A stretch of DNA of 64,000 nt from Azolla caroliniana (taxonomy: Eukaryota; Plantae; Polypodiophyta): positions 16,368,001 to 16,432,000 of the forward strand of contig JBHGNT010000012.1 of the NCBI GenBank assembly GCA_043228905.1, given 5' to 3'. The notes under the pieces are model-generated. The model searched no databases. It was given only the letters and a program-made list of their open reading frames with translations, and had not been told where the DNA came from. The position numbers were made by a program, and so were the translations under genes. Shown one piece after another: positions 27,901 to 40,164 of the stretch. Numbering within the stretch: position 1 is the first letter of the stretch; every line of letters begins with the position of its first letter.

Positions 27901-28724
27901 CGAAATGATGCATCCTTTTTCTTGACAAAGAAAATGGGTGCGCCGGCTGGAGATTTCGAATGCTGAATGAAACCATTTTCCAAATTCTCCTCTATATAGG
28001 CTCGCATGACTTCTAGCTCGGTTGGTGACAAATTGTAGATCGGTCCCCATGGTGGCTCTTTCCCCAGTTCTAAATTGATGGGGCAATCATACGATCGATG
28101 GTGAGGAAGCATATTGGCTTGTACTTTATCGAACACGTCGGCATAATGATGATACTTCTTTGGAAGTTGAACGGTGGACTCCTCTTTAATGGTGTTTGAG
28201 GGCTTTACTGATATTGCGAAGAGAAACATTTCTTCCTTGCGTCCTTCTTCCCACAACTGATGTAGCGAAATGGTTGCAATCTCATGAGTAAACCCTCGGG
28301 CTTTTCGATACCGAATTTCTCTTGTTCTCCAATCTATGTCTGGGTTATGTAATTCGAACCATGGTAATCCTAAAACAGTGGGGTGTTCTGGGATGCTAAT
28401 TATATTAAATGATACTACACATACTAGATTATCTAGGACAATATTAACGGGATCTGACTCTTCTATGATATTTCCGGAAGCAATGGGACAACCATCAATG
28501 ACTACTACTGAGGCTAGACACGGGAGTTTTCTAAGTGATATCTGATGAGCTTGGGCAAAGTTCCTATCCATGAAGCAAGAATTAGCTTCAGAATCTAGAA
28601 GTGCTAAGACATGTACTAGAGGGGTACTTTTAGTACTAAGTGTTACTTGGGCTACAAACACATTGCTAACTTGCTTAGAGGGAACGGAACCACTAATGAG
28701 CTGGATAGATCTAGGGTTGTCCAA
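24920..28724 (-). pseudogene. Copy B pol (PR-RT-RNase H-INT-chromodomain)
   Basis: ORFs 27447..28724, 27093..27386 (MPFGL, YLDD), 26134..26937, 25651..26103, 25421..25678 and 24920..25246 ([21 protein letters not shown] chromodomain). Confidence 0.93.
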
Positions 28725-28750
28725 CCAAACGGCTCCTATTTTGGCTGGAC

Positions 28751-29902
28751 TTAGTCGTTTAACTCTTCTTCTAACTGACTAAGGACATCAAACTTGTTCG
28801 CTAGATTTGGGCTATTAGTACTATTAGGACTATCAGATATCCCTACTAAAATAGACTTGGGTTTAGTACAATCAGAACTAGCAACTATTTGGTTTACCTA
28901 TCTTCTTCACCTATGGGGACAGTTTATCGCGATATGCCCTAGTCCACCGCAATAAAGACATAGTCGGTTTACTCGGCGTCGTTGTTTTTCTTCTTTTGAT
29001 AGCGGTCCATGATGACATGTAGTGTCAATTTCCATCAAAGTTGGATTACTTACTAGAGGTGCATTATATGACTCCCTTGGAAAAGGTTTCGCTACCACTG
29101 AGGCATAGGTAGGCTCAGATCTTGCCCTTGGCATCTGGAACTGACGTTCCGAATGCTGTTTGAAGAGGTGATTGTCACATCTCACTGCGCGATTGATTGC
29201 TTCTGTTAATGACTTTGGTTCTTCGGGAAAGGTCAAGAGTAAATCTTTGACATCATTACGTAGACCATAACGAAATTGCTCCATTAATGCTTGATCATCC
29301 CAAGGGATATCAGAGGCAAGTAGACGAAAATATGCAGCGTATGCGGAGGTTGGACGATCGCCTTGACGTAGTCATCGGATTTTGTTGATTGTTGTCCTTA
29401 TGCTGTCAGTATCTCCAAAATAGGCTTTAAACTCACTTGTAAACTCTTCAAAATTGTTTAGTAATGGAGATTCTTTTTCTAACAGCGAAGCGAACCATGC
29501 CAATGCTAAGCCACTTAACAACGTGCCTACTAAACCCACTCGTGATGCATCGGTGGGATATCGAGAAGGATGCATTTGAATAACTAGTTGTACATGATTA
29601 AGGAACCCTCTAAATTGCGATCGCGTTCCATCGAATTTCATGGGAAGGCCGATTTTGGATTCTTTATGAATCCCTTGTGTTCCGGGTCCTTGTTATTGCA
29701 TCGCTACGATGGTTGCTTCGAGTTGTTGCACGCATAATGCAAGTTCCCCATGTTGTTGTTGTGTTTGCTGCTTTTCTAAGGAGATTTGTTGGAGATCCCC
29801 CAACAACCATTGATTTTCTTGTTCCAAAGCAAGGAACTTCTCTTTCAAGCATTGCAATTCCGAGAAAACAGATTGATATTCTTGAGCACTAACAATGGCC
29901 AT
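28751..29902 (-). pseudogene. Copy B gag (PEG10/sushi-type capsid plus CCHC knuckle)
   Basis: KFDGTRSQFRGFL, QFRYGLRNDVKD and CLYCGGLGHIAINC. Confidence 0.9.
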
Positions 29903-30072
29903 GGGATGAGAGGAATGATGAATAAGAGATTAGTATGAAGGGAGGGAGACAAAAGAGGACAAAAATTGGTTCAAATTGTCAGGATCAGTACTAAGACAGA
30001 GAAGGAACTAGTACTAAAAGATGAGGATTAGTACTAAGAGAGATGTAGAACTCTCGAGAGAAGGAAAGAGTG

Positions 30073-30119
<47 letters not shown>

Positions 30120-30354
30120 GTGAGAGAGAATGATGATAAATGATATATATTATGTGAAGAGAGTATACAATAGTAGCTAGGAGGCTTAAGATTGGCGTTG
30201 AACCGATTTGGTTCGAAATAATGCCTTGTGCCTCCTTTTATAATGTTCTCAGGAGTACTCCTGAAGTTTCTAGAATGTTCTAGAGAAATCTGGAATATAC
30301 ATCAATTTTCTATAATAAAACATAAATGAAAATAATATTATGTATTCCAATGTA

Positions 30355-30412
30355 TGGTCTAATGGTCAAGAGCTCGATCCATGTAGCATAAGGTCATGGG
30401 TTCGAGTCTTGC
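30355..30412 (+). promoter_or_regulatory. tRNA-like Pol III A-box/B-box cassette within the Tcn1-B LTR
   Basis: TGGTCTAATGG (30355) and GGTTCGAGTC (30399) are 44 nt apart. The cloverleaf stems are degenerate. Confidence 0.6.
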
Positions 30413-30945
30413 CATATCATGACAATACCTGATTTCTCTTGTTCTCCAATCTATGTTCAAATTGTGTAATTCGAACCATGGTAACCTCAACACAATAGGA
30501 TGCTCTGGACTACTAATTATATTAAATGATACCACATACACCAAATTATTTAGAACAACACTAATCGGCTCTAACTCTTCTATGATATTTCTGGAAGCAA
30601 TGGGGCGACCATCAATGACTACTACAGAAGTTGGGCAAGGGAGTTTTCTTAGGGATATCTGATGAGCTTGGGTAAAATTCTTATCCATGAAGCAAGAATT
30701 GGCTCCGGAATCTAGGAGTGCTAAGACATGTACTGGAGGGTTACTTTTAGTACTAATTGTTACTTGAGCTAGGAAGACATTGCTAACTTTCTTGGAGGGA
30801 ATGGAACCAAGAATGGGTTGCACAAATCTAGGGATGTCCAACCAAGCAACTCCTATTTTGGCTGAACTTAGTCGTTTAACTCCTCCTCTAGTTGACTAAG
30901 GACTTCAAATTTGTTTGATAGGCTAGGGCTATTAGGACTATCTGA

Positions 30946-33900
30946 TGTTGCCCATGGGCCAATTTTGTATATTAGGTGTAAAACGAATTTGGAGGTAGGC
31001 AAAGTAGGTGAAGGTAACCGTAATCAGAAACATATAGCTGAATGAACGCAGCCACAATAAATGCTGCCAAAAACGATGGAAGACTGAAGCACACCAAGCG
31101 GGAAAAGGAAAAGCTATAAAACGTGAAGGAGAAATGAAAGGAAGGGAGCGGACAGAGGAGAGAGGAAGCCCCCCTAGCTAGAATAGGATACTATAAGCAT
31201 CTTATCATACTTTGGTAACTCTGACTGTGAGTTGTTGTTACGGGCATGACCATATAATATCTCGTGGTGAGAATTTACGGTAGTATTCTATACACGTGGA
31301 TAAGTGTGAGGGTTAAACGAGAGTGTAAAGAAGGGAAGGATTACTTTTAATCCTCGGGATTGAGACAACCCATTAGGCCAAGTGTGAACTTGCTTGGGGA
31401 CCTTGGATATCGTTATAAATATGAGGCCTAGCTACCCTCATTTCATGATCTCTTGACTACGTCGAGACTCTTTTCTTGTGGTGGGTCAACTCTTGTAGTG
31501 AGCTCGCCAGCACCAGGTACGACTCAACGCCACGACGGTGGTATGGGACGCCAATCGAGGCTCGAGTCCATCTTGATCCCTTCGCTCGAGGGTGGTCGGG
31601 TGGATAAACACCCTTCTTTCTCTCTCTCCTTTCTTATTTATTGTATTTTTTATCCTTATCATATGCTTATGTTAGAACATAACTCTAACAATTGCTATCT
31701 AAGCTTTTGTTTCTAATGTTTCCTTCGTTTTTGTGTTCTTGATGGATGGTGATCGATCAACATGCGGTATACCTTGATCCAAATAGCGATCAACAAAGGA
31801 ACTTCGGTAACTCTTTCTTGTTTTTTTGGTCTATTTTTTCTTCTTCCATCTAATCATGTCTACGGTCAATATGTAATTTTTTTCATTGATTCGATGATGT
31901 TGTAGTGGTAATTAATTGGTTTATAAAACATTTACATATGTGTATGCTGTCAATACCTCATTTGACATATATTTAATATGTGATTCATGTCGTATGCATA
32001 CGAGGTTAATACCTCAATTGCGTATTATGTTCACATACATATGTTATGTATGCGTATGAGGTCAATACCTCGATTTCTATGTAAACGATATGCATTTGGT
32101 CTCGTATGCGTAAGAGGTTAACACCTCAATTGTGTATTACAATTAACCCTTATTTTTGGATGTTTCGTGTGCGTAGAGGCTATATGCCTCGATTACATGT
32201 CTTGATTTCATCATATGTTGGCTATTTGATGTTACGATGTTTTTTAATATATGTATATGTGGTCACGTGTATACATATTTGGTCGTATATATGTGCTAAA
32301 TATACATATGTCTATATTAGTTATTACGTGATTTCTATATCGAATGTTGTCCTTTTCGGGGAAAGGATCTTGGTGGCCGTCCTCACATTTTTGTGAGAAT
32401 GGCGTAGTCACCATCCTTTTTTCAACAATCTTTTTCGTTGACATCCTCGTTGGTCACTTCGATTTCGTTATGTAATGAAACGATCATAGCCACAAGGATG
32501 GTGAGAACGTAGGGCTTGACTCAGTTCATGTGAGATCGCTCCTAGGACACACATATCTAACATCCCTCCCTCATTACATGGATATGATGCCACCATGAGA
32601 TCATTCTTACGAAAGGCATTCGTAATGGCGTAACCATGTGATGGGCCACGTGGGCCTGCTACGAAAAGAGGGCTCATTTGGCTTGACCATTAGGTTGCAG
32701 TTTGGCGTATGCCATCGTAATTATGAGACTTGTGGTTAGGTAACGTACCAACATAGTTTGTGGTAAATGAGGGGGAAATAAGGACTCTTGACATATATGT
32801 TTCTTTTAAAAATACATATATGGGCAAATGCCTCACATATCTCTTATACGCATAAGACGCTAAACATTCAACATGAGCAACGTATTTGGTTAGCTCAAGT
32901 GTTTAATGCATTTGTTCTTAAGGTCTCGAGTTCAAATATGATCAAGACCATACAACATTGTTGATACATATGACTATAATACATGTTTAGACTTTAGGTC
33001 TAATTGCACTTCGGGGTCCTCGTAACAGGACGTAAAGAGCCGAAACCACATACACATCATGTAAGTAATTGTCAATGTTCTTTCCCTCACTATGTATTGG
33101 GACCCAATGATTTACTACGTGCAAACAGGTATATCAATGGATCTCCCATACAATTTTTATTTGATGCGGGAACCTCACACAATTTTGTGAATGCTCATTT
33201 GGTGCGGATATGGGGAATCCAACCCACCAGAAGTGATCACACCTATAGGGTTCACTTGGCTGATGGAAGAGTACAATACATCAACGAGGTGATTCATTCA
33301 TTAGGAATTTCTATTGATACTTATATAGAGGAAGTAGACTTCCATGTAATGAATCTTTGTACCACTTATGTAATACTGGGTTATCCCTAGTTTTTTAATA
33401 AAAACTCTTCGTTATCTATTGATTGGGTTCATCATTCAATTACTTTTGTACTAAACGATTGTACTCATTTTATTCAATGTGTTAAAAAACAATCCCTTTC
33501 TATTGTTTCCTCTCCATCAATATCCGAGTTGTCTTGTTCTACTTTATTTTATTGTATACTTGATCCGGACATTCACGTTTACAGTATCGATAATGTCTCA
33601 GGTCAATTACCATATGTTGAACAATAACTCGATGAAATCTTAAATGATTTTCGCGATGTTTTTCTGAGTGAACTACCACATGGGTTACCTCCTAAACGTA
33701 ATATAGACCATCGTATAGATATTGTACCTTGCGTTCCACCAATAAGTATACCTCCTTATCGATTAAGTCGATCTGAAGAGGATTAGGTATCTAAGCAACT
33801 CAAGGACTATTTACGAATGGGTTATATATGTTATAGTAAATCTCCATGGGGTGCACCTGTTCTCTTGGTAAAAAAGAAAGAGGGCACTTGGCGTATGTAT

Positions 33901-34515
33901 ATTAATTACCGATGCCTGAATAAAGTGACGATCAAGAATTCATATCCATTGCCCCAAGTTGACGATCTAATTGACCATCTCCAGGGAGCTCAGTATTTTA
34001 CAAAACTTGATCTTCGTACGGGCTACCATCAAATTCGTATAAGTGAGGACGATGTCAAGGTGTTACGGGTATGATGACCATATAATATCCCGTGGTGAGA
34101 ATTTACTGTAGTATTCTATACACGTGGATAAGTGTGAGGGTTAAACGAGAGTGTAAAGAAGGGGAGGATTACTTTTATTCCTCGGGATTGAGACAACCCA
34201 TTAGGCCAAGTGTGAACTTGTCTGGGGGTCTTGGGTATCGCGATAAATATAAGCCCTAGCTACCCTCATTTCATGATCTCATGACTACGTCGAGACTCTA
34301 TTCTTGTGGTGGGCAAACTCTTGTAGCGAGCGCCAACACCAGGTATGACTTGACGCCACGACAATGGTATGGAATGCCGATCGAGGCTCGAGTCCATCTC
34401 GATCCCATCGCTCGGGGGTGGTCGAGTGGATTGGCACCCTTCTTTCTCTCACTCCTTTCTTATTTCTTGTATCTTTTATCCTTATCATATGCTTACGTAG
34501 AACATAACTCTGACA
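30946..34515 (+). mobile_element. Deleted chromovirus-type Gypsy (LTR, degenerate Met PBS, PR, RT N-terminus, partial 3' LTR)
   Basis: 31237-31690 is repeated at 34061-34515; TGCTATCTAAGC follows the first LTR; FLFDAGTSHNFV (33004..33390); [13 protein letters not shown]...[12 protein letters not shown] (33817..34074). No TSD or gag found. Confidence 0.75.
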
Positions 34516-34595
34516 ATCGTGTACCATTGTTCCTCGACTCGTAATAGAAATATATATAGTTTTTGGGTCTATTCTATTCTATGTTACGATCATGC

Positions 34596-35308
34596 TATCG
34601 TGGAGAAACCCGGCCTTAGGCGGAATCAGTGAAAAAGGTCTATAAACCGGCCCTTACGCGCGGGCACAAGTATTGATAAGATGTACATAACTAGGAATAG
34701 GCCGACTGATGCAAATATACTAGGTAGTACAAATTTAATAGGCTAGTAAATCGAAGCGGATCTCTATCCCAAGGGACAGAGAGTAAAAGTGATGTGACCC
34801 CGATGTAACGGTCCTTCCTCGATGGCCTATAAAAGGGAAGGGGAGATGGCTGAAATAATATCGCGTTTTGGTGAGGATGAGGTGCTGTCGGACTGGGAAC
34901 CCAGCTCTCTCCTCTTCTATCGTTGTTTTTTGCAGGTTTTCTGAGTTGGTTGCCTCGGGTTCGAGGAAAGCCCGTGTGCTTGTCGGCAAAGTCTCTACTA
35001 TGTGTGTGTGTGGGTGTGTGATTGTTTGGGTTAGGTCTGTCACCAACGATCCGGCTGTAACCTTTACTGTTATTGGAATCGGATCTCTTGTTTCTCTCTC
35101 TGTGTGTTTTTCTATGAGTCTCTCTTTTATGCGGGTGTGCATCGTGTTCAGATACGCTTTAGTGGTTCATTCAGACGACAAGCGTTGTCTATTGCAAACG
35201 GGCCTAACCGGCCCTACGCTTGCACTCTTCTCCCGCTCCGCCGTCCTCTCTCTCCTGCTCCTCGGTTCAGAGCCCCCGCGGTTCCACCTTATTTCCTACG
35301 CGAAAGCC
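34596..35308 (+). repeat. LTR of the Trp-primed Gypsy group, interrupted by a Copia element
   Basis: Starts TATCGTGGAGAAACC (compare TGTCGTGGAGAAAACC) and shares AACCGGCCCTTAC and CTATAAAAGG with the LTR at 42137. Confidence 0.75.
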
Positions 35309-36220
35309 TGTAAGAACGAAGGTGCGGAAGCGTTAGACAATCGGCTTAGCCAGATAGCAACAAAGAGAGAGAGAGAGAGAGATTAACACATAGAAGGTAC
35401 ACAAGAGAGATAGGAAAAGAGCAAAACAACTTAAATCTATTATCAACAACTCTGTAAAATTCTCTATACATACAACGTGCTCAACAACACTATTTATACA
35501 AGTCCTAAGAGGACTAATAGAGGTTACTGCTTGATCCGGCTAATTGGCCCCCCAGCTCACCACCTCGCTTGCTCACCAGCTCACCAATCCGGCTCATCCA
35601 TCTAGATGCCGATCCGGCTTAGGCTTATTCATCCGATCCGGATCCGGTTAAGCTTGCCGCTCAACACTCCCCCTCAAGCTCAACTTTAGGTCGGATCATA
35701 GTGTCAGTCTCCATGGCAGCCGGTCCTTCCACCCGGCTCCTTCTGGCATCACTCAACCTCACTCGCACTCCTCGTTCAGTCCGGTCCCGTTTGCCGTGAC
35801 CCTTTTGATTTTGCACACCTCGACCTCCTCGGTCGGTTTGTCAGCTCAACAGGCCCAATTCAACTCACTCGCTGTTGTGACTTTGGCGCTTGTCGATTCG
35901 CTAATTCCTTTGTGCTAGCATCGACTTTCGCTACCTTCTCTACCTCTTGGCCTTGAATTGATCAGGTTCTTCCGAATCCGTCTGTTGAACCGAATCGGCT
36001 ATCTCTGATTCATTCCAGCTCTTGTCCGAATCAGTCGCTCCCGATTCCTCTTCTGGTTCTAGGCCCTTCACCACATCGGACCATGTCCAGGTCTTGGCCT
36101 TCTTCTTCCGGTCGGCTCTATCGTTCTGGACTTTGCCGCCACTACAGCTTGTTCCGACTTGTTCGGATGTGTCAACTTCCTTTGTCAACTCGGCTCCTTT
36201 CTATTAGGAAACAGGTCCCT

Positions 36221-36523
36221 CCGGATGTGGAGTACCCGTCAACAGAAGACCCGGTGAGAACCGGATGACGAGCACCCGGCAACGGAAGACCCGGTGAGAA
36301 CCGGATGACGAGTACCTGGCAAGGAAGACCCAGTGAGAACCGGATGTGGAGTACCCAGCAACGGAAGACCCGGTGAGAACCAGATGTGGCATACCTGGCG
36401 ACGGAAGACCCGGTGAGAACCCGATGTGGAGTACCCGGCAATGGAAGACCCGATGAGAACCGGATGACGAGTACCCGGCAAGGAAGACCCGGTGAGAACC
36501 GGATGTTGTAGGCCCGGTGAGAA
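36221..36523 (+). repeat. About 40-bp tandem repeat, roughly 7 units
   Basis: Unit CCGGATG(TG/AC)GAGTACCCGGCAACGGAAGACCCGGTGAGAA. Confidence 0.95.
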
Positions 36524-36550
36524 CCTCTCATCGGATGGAAGGGACATATA

Positions 36551-36897
36551 TGTAAATATGTTCCAGAGAGCCCACCGGGGCTATATTTGTAAATAGCCCG
36601 AAAGTCATATTAGTATAAATATGACCTAGGGCAAACATAATATTATGTATGCAGAGTAGTCATCATTCTTGTTGGTGCAAGATCTGAGTGCAACCGCGCA
36701 CAGAGAGAGAGTGAGTGAGTGAGAGACGAAGAGGACGTTGTCTCTGTTGCAACCACCGCCTGTGGCGAAGACAGTGAACAAGAGGTCGTTGCCTATGTGT
36801 TCATCTACTGTATATTGTAACATAGTGATAGTTTACTATCTGTGGACTGTCGTGGTTTTTCCCATGTTTGGGTTTTCCACGTAAACATCCTATGTAC
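36551..36897 (+). repeat. Truncated LTR of an unrelated (probably Copia) element
   Basis: TGTAAATATG follows the purine-rich GGATGGAAGGGA; it carries TATAAAT and the U5-type motif GTGGTTTTTCCC...GGGTTTTCCACGTAAA. Confidence 0.55.
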
Positions 36898-39800
36898 TCT
36901 TCGACTTGTTCATCTCCGACTGGAAACCGGGGGTGGGGTCATAAAGACCTCTTCTTCAAGATCGCCTTCAAGAAATGCATTCTTCGCGTCCATCTAGTGA
37001 AGATGCCACCCCCTTGCCGCAGCAACCGCCAGCACCACACGAACCGTTGTCATCTTCGCTACTAGAGCGAAGGTCTCGTCGTAGTGGATTCCTTGGGTCT
37101 ACGCGTATCCCTTCGCCACTAACCGGGCCTTGTACCGGTTAACCGAACCGTTGGCATTGTACTTTACCTTGTACACCCACTTACATCCGATCGGTTTACA
37201 GTGTCGGGGAGGGTCAACTAGGTCCCATGTGTCGTTGGCATCAAGTGCCTGTATTTCTTCCTCCATAGCGGCACGCCAATTTGCGTCCTTTGCCACTTTT
37301 GCATAGCTCTCCGGCTCACGCACTTCCGCCACCTTGGTCATGTACGCATAGTGATGCGCCATGTACTGATTGTACCCGTACCGCTTCACGGGGTTCTTCT
37401 GGCGGGAGGACCGTCGTAACTTATCGTTACCCGGTTTGAGGCCCTTCTTGGCCGGTTCGGTCTTCGTTGCCGAAGATCCGCCTTCTTCATTTTCGGAATC
37501 GGATCCGCTCCGATCCGACTCACCATTGCCGGTCTCATGCTTTGGCATCTTCCTCTTCCCCTTTTCCTTGCACGTGAACCGTCTCCTCGGTTCCTTGCGT
37601 GGAGGGAACACGGCAGAGTCTCCACTACTCACCGGTTCATCTTCCGAATGGTCTGTCTAACCCAATGGCTCGTTCAGCCCACTCAATCAAAACGATTCTA
37701 GACTCACATCTAGAGTCTCGAACCCTTCGTCTTCTAACTGGACCGGTTAAGGCTCACTAGCCTCATCCTCCGATATCAGGTCGGGGTCGGAAGTCGGAGC
37801 CGGTAAGGCATACCATGATGCCGTCTCATCAAACTCAACAACCCGGCTAACTTGGACCTGCTTCATCCAGGGATTATAACACTTATACCCCTTTTGCTCA
37901 TGCGAGTAACCGACCAGGATGCATTTCTCCGACTTTGCATCCAACTTCCTCCGCTTCTCATCCAGCACATGCACATATGCAATGCTACCAAATATCCGAA
38001 GATGTCTCAAATTCGGCTTGCGCCCCAAATACAGCTCATGCGCGGACACCTTGTCACTGATCCGGTTTTGGATGTAGACGGCCGTCCGGACCGCCTCAGC
38101 CCATTAGAAATGGGGCATGCTCTTCTCCTCCAGCATTGCCCTTGCCGCGTCAATAATCGACTGGTTGTTCTTCCTTTCGGCCACACCGTTTTGCTCCGGT
38201 GTGTACCGACAGCGGAATTCTCTCCGAATTCCATTCTGCTACAGATAATTGTTGAATTGGCCGAAGAAGTATTATTTCCCGCCATCCAACCGCAGGCACT
38301 TGATCTTCCTTTCCATTTCCTATTCAACCAAGCTTAGAATGTTCTGGAAACACTCGAAGACTTCCCTCTTCCGCTCGATGAGGTAGAGCCACGTGTGCCG
38401 GCTGTAGTCGTCGATGAAGGAGACAAAATACTGACTCCCGCCAAGACTAACGTTTTGTGTCGGTCTCCATACATCCGAATGGATTAAATCGAGCTTGTTA
38501 TGGGTCCGTCTTCGATCAGTGGGGAATGGAAGCTGGTGTTGCTTCCCGAGTTGGCAACCTTCACATATTTGGACCTTCCGGCCACTGAACTTCGGCAAAC
38601 CGAAAACAACTTGTTTTGTTTGCAGGTCTTGAAGCCTCCGATAATTGACGTGGCTGATCCACTTGTGCCAAAGATCAATATCCGATTCAATCTTCTGTCC
38701 TTTGGCGAACAAAGCGGTGCCGATGTCATTGGTGTCGAGGATGAACATTCTCCCATCTTTGCGCCCTTGCGCAATAATCGGGCCCTCTTCCTCGATGAAG
38801 CACCCAAGGTGCGTAAACCGCACCTGCATCCCCTGGTCAACGATCTGACCGACTGACACCAAGTTCTTTTTGATAGTCAAAACGTGTAATACGTTCATCA
38901 GCTTCCCCCTCTGTTCGAGGTGGCTCAAAGGGACTTCTCCGACATGCACGATTGGGTGAGGAGTGTCATCTCCGGTTTCGACGACTCCCGGTTGTTCTGA
39001 TTTCTCCAAGAAAGAGAATCACTCTTTGTGGATCATCATGTGATTCGATGTACCGGAATCAACGTACCACATTTCCTCCGATTTGGAAATGGTCTTCTTC
39101 ATTGAGTTAGCCTTGTGTTTCATCAGAAAGGCTGGCCCTTTATCGGCTTTTCCAGTTTTGGATCCTCCCAATCCTTCTGCGTAGTGCAAGTATTGTCGGT
39201 TCTCTCTATTGGCCTTCGTGGATCCGGATCTGCCTGAATCGGTGCACTTCTTCCAGCACTCGCTTTCTTTGTGGCTCTTTTTACCACAGTACCAGCATTT
39301 CGTGTCGGCCTTTGCTTGCCGGCCTCCGGCGCCACCTTGACTCCCCCTCCTTGTGGAGGGTCCGGAACTGCTATCGGCACGTTCTCTGTGCCTTCGGTCC
39401 TGCTCTGGCCGGCCGCTACCATTGCGAGCCGACCCACCTCGTCCACCACGCCCACGGGGCCGATCCACCTCCGTGTACAACATCCGGCTGTCGATGGGTG
39501 CACTTGTTGACGCACCGGCGTGGTTCTCCTCTACAAGGAGCATCGACTGTAAGTCGAAAAATGATGGCGTATTCTCCCTTGTACATACCGCCGTTCGAAA
39601 GGCTCTGAACTTAGACGCATGGCCCCCAAGACAGATCTGTACCATCTCATCTTCCTCTACAGTGATGTTGATAGAGGCAAGTGAGTCACATATCTCTTTG
39701 ATTCGGGCCGTGTAATCAGCTACCGACATGTCGTTCTGTCGGACATTGCTCAACTCCTATCGGAGTTTCAGCTTCCGGGCCATAGTGCTCATCGTGAAAA

Positions 39801-40164
39801 CCTTCTTCACGTTTTCCAAAGCTTTTTTTAGAGTCTTGGCATCTCGGACATGGCTCAACAGCTAGTCTCCGACACTAGACACAAAGTAGTGCAGCACTTT
39901 GCTTGCCGCTTGTTCCCACACTGGCAAGTCCTTGTGTGCTGCAATAGGTGTTGTGTCGTTAGCTCCGTCGACATAGTTCAAGTAACCATGGCCAAGCGAG
40001 TATTGGTGCATCTTGTATGTCCAAGATGCATAGTTGGATCTGTCAAGCTTCTCCACCGAGAGCGAGCTAGACATTCCTATGTCCATCACTTCTCTTTCTA
40101 TTCTTACCGGGTCTTAGGGTTTGTCTTCAGATGTTGATGTCGGCTACAGAGGTTCTCAACCCTC

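Larger units (their letters stand above)
19889..30424 (-). mobile_element. Tcn1-like chromovirus copy B, full-length with 5-bp TSD ATACC
   Basis: 5' LTR 29977-30424; 3' LTR split into 19889-~19998 and ~24584-24927; ATACC at 19884-19888 and 30425-30429; PPT AAAGAGGGGATAG at 24928-24940; order gag-PR-RT-RH-INT-chromodomain. Confidence 0.93.
10482..30945 (-). mobile_element. Tcn1-like chromovirus copy A, fragmented (10482-12451, 13559-13771, 19688-19888, 30425-30945)
   Basis: PR (LLDSGANSCF, 30359..30841), linker, RT (PPWGPIY..., [13 protein letters not shown]), RNase H (YEIHDKELLAIV) and INT (SLDFIT, SDRGPQF, QTDGQAER) rejoin collinearly with copy B once the inserts are removed. Confidence 0.88.

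Noticed and set aside
30346-30420. Functional tRNA gene
   Set aside because: A and B boxes are present, but the acceptor and anticodon stems do not pair. Reported only as a tRNA-like cassette.
31237-34515. Two independent solo LTRs starting TGTTACGGG
   Set aside because: Neither has a matching TSD. The first extends upstream to 30946 with a TATA box and is followed by a degenerate PBS, so one deleted element fits better.
36221-36523. Regular ~40-bp repeats resembling a CRISPR array
   Set aside because: There are no unique spacers (the whole unit repeats), no cas genes, and the context is eukaryotic TE DNA.
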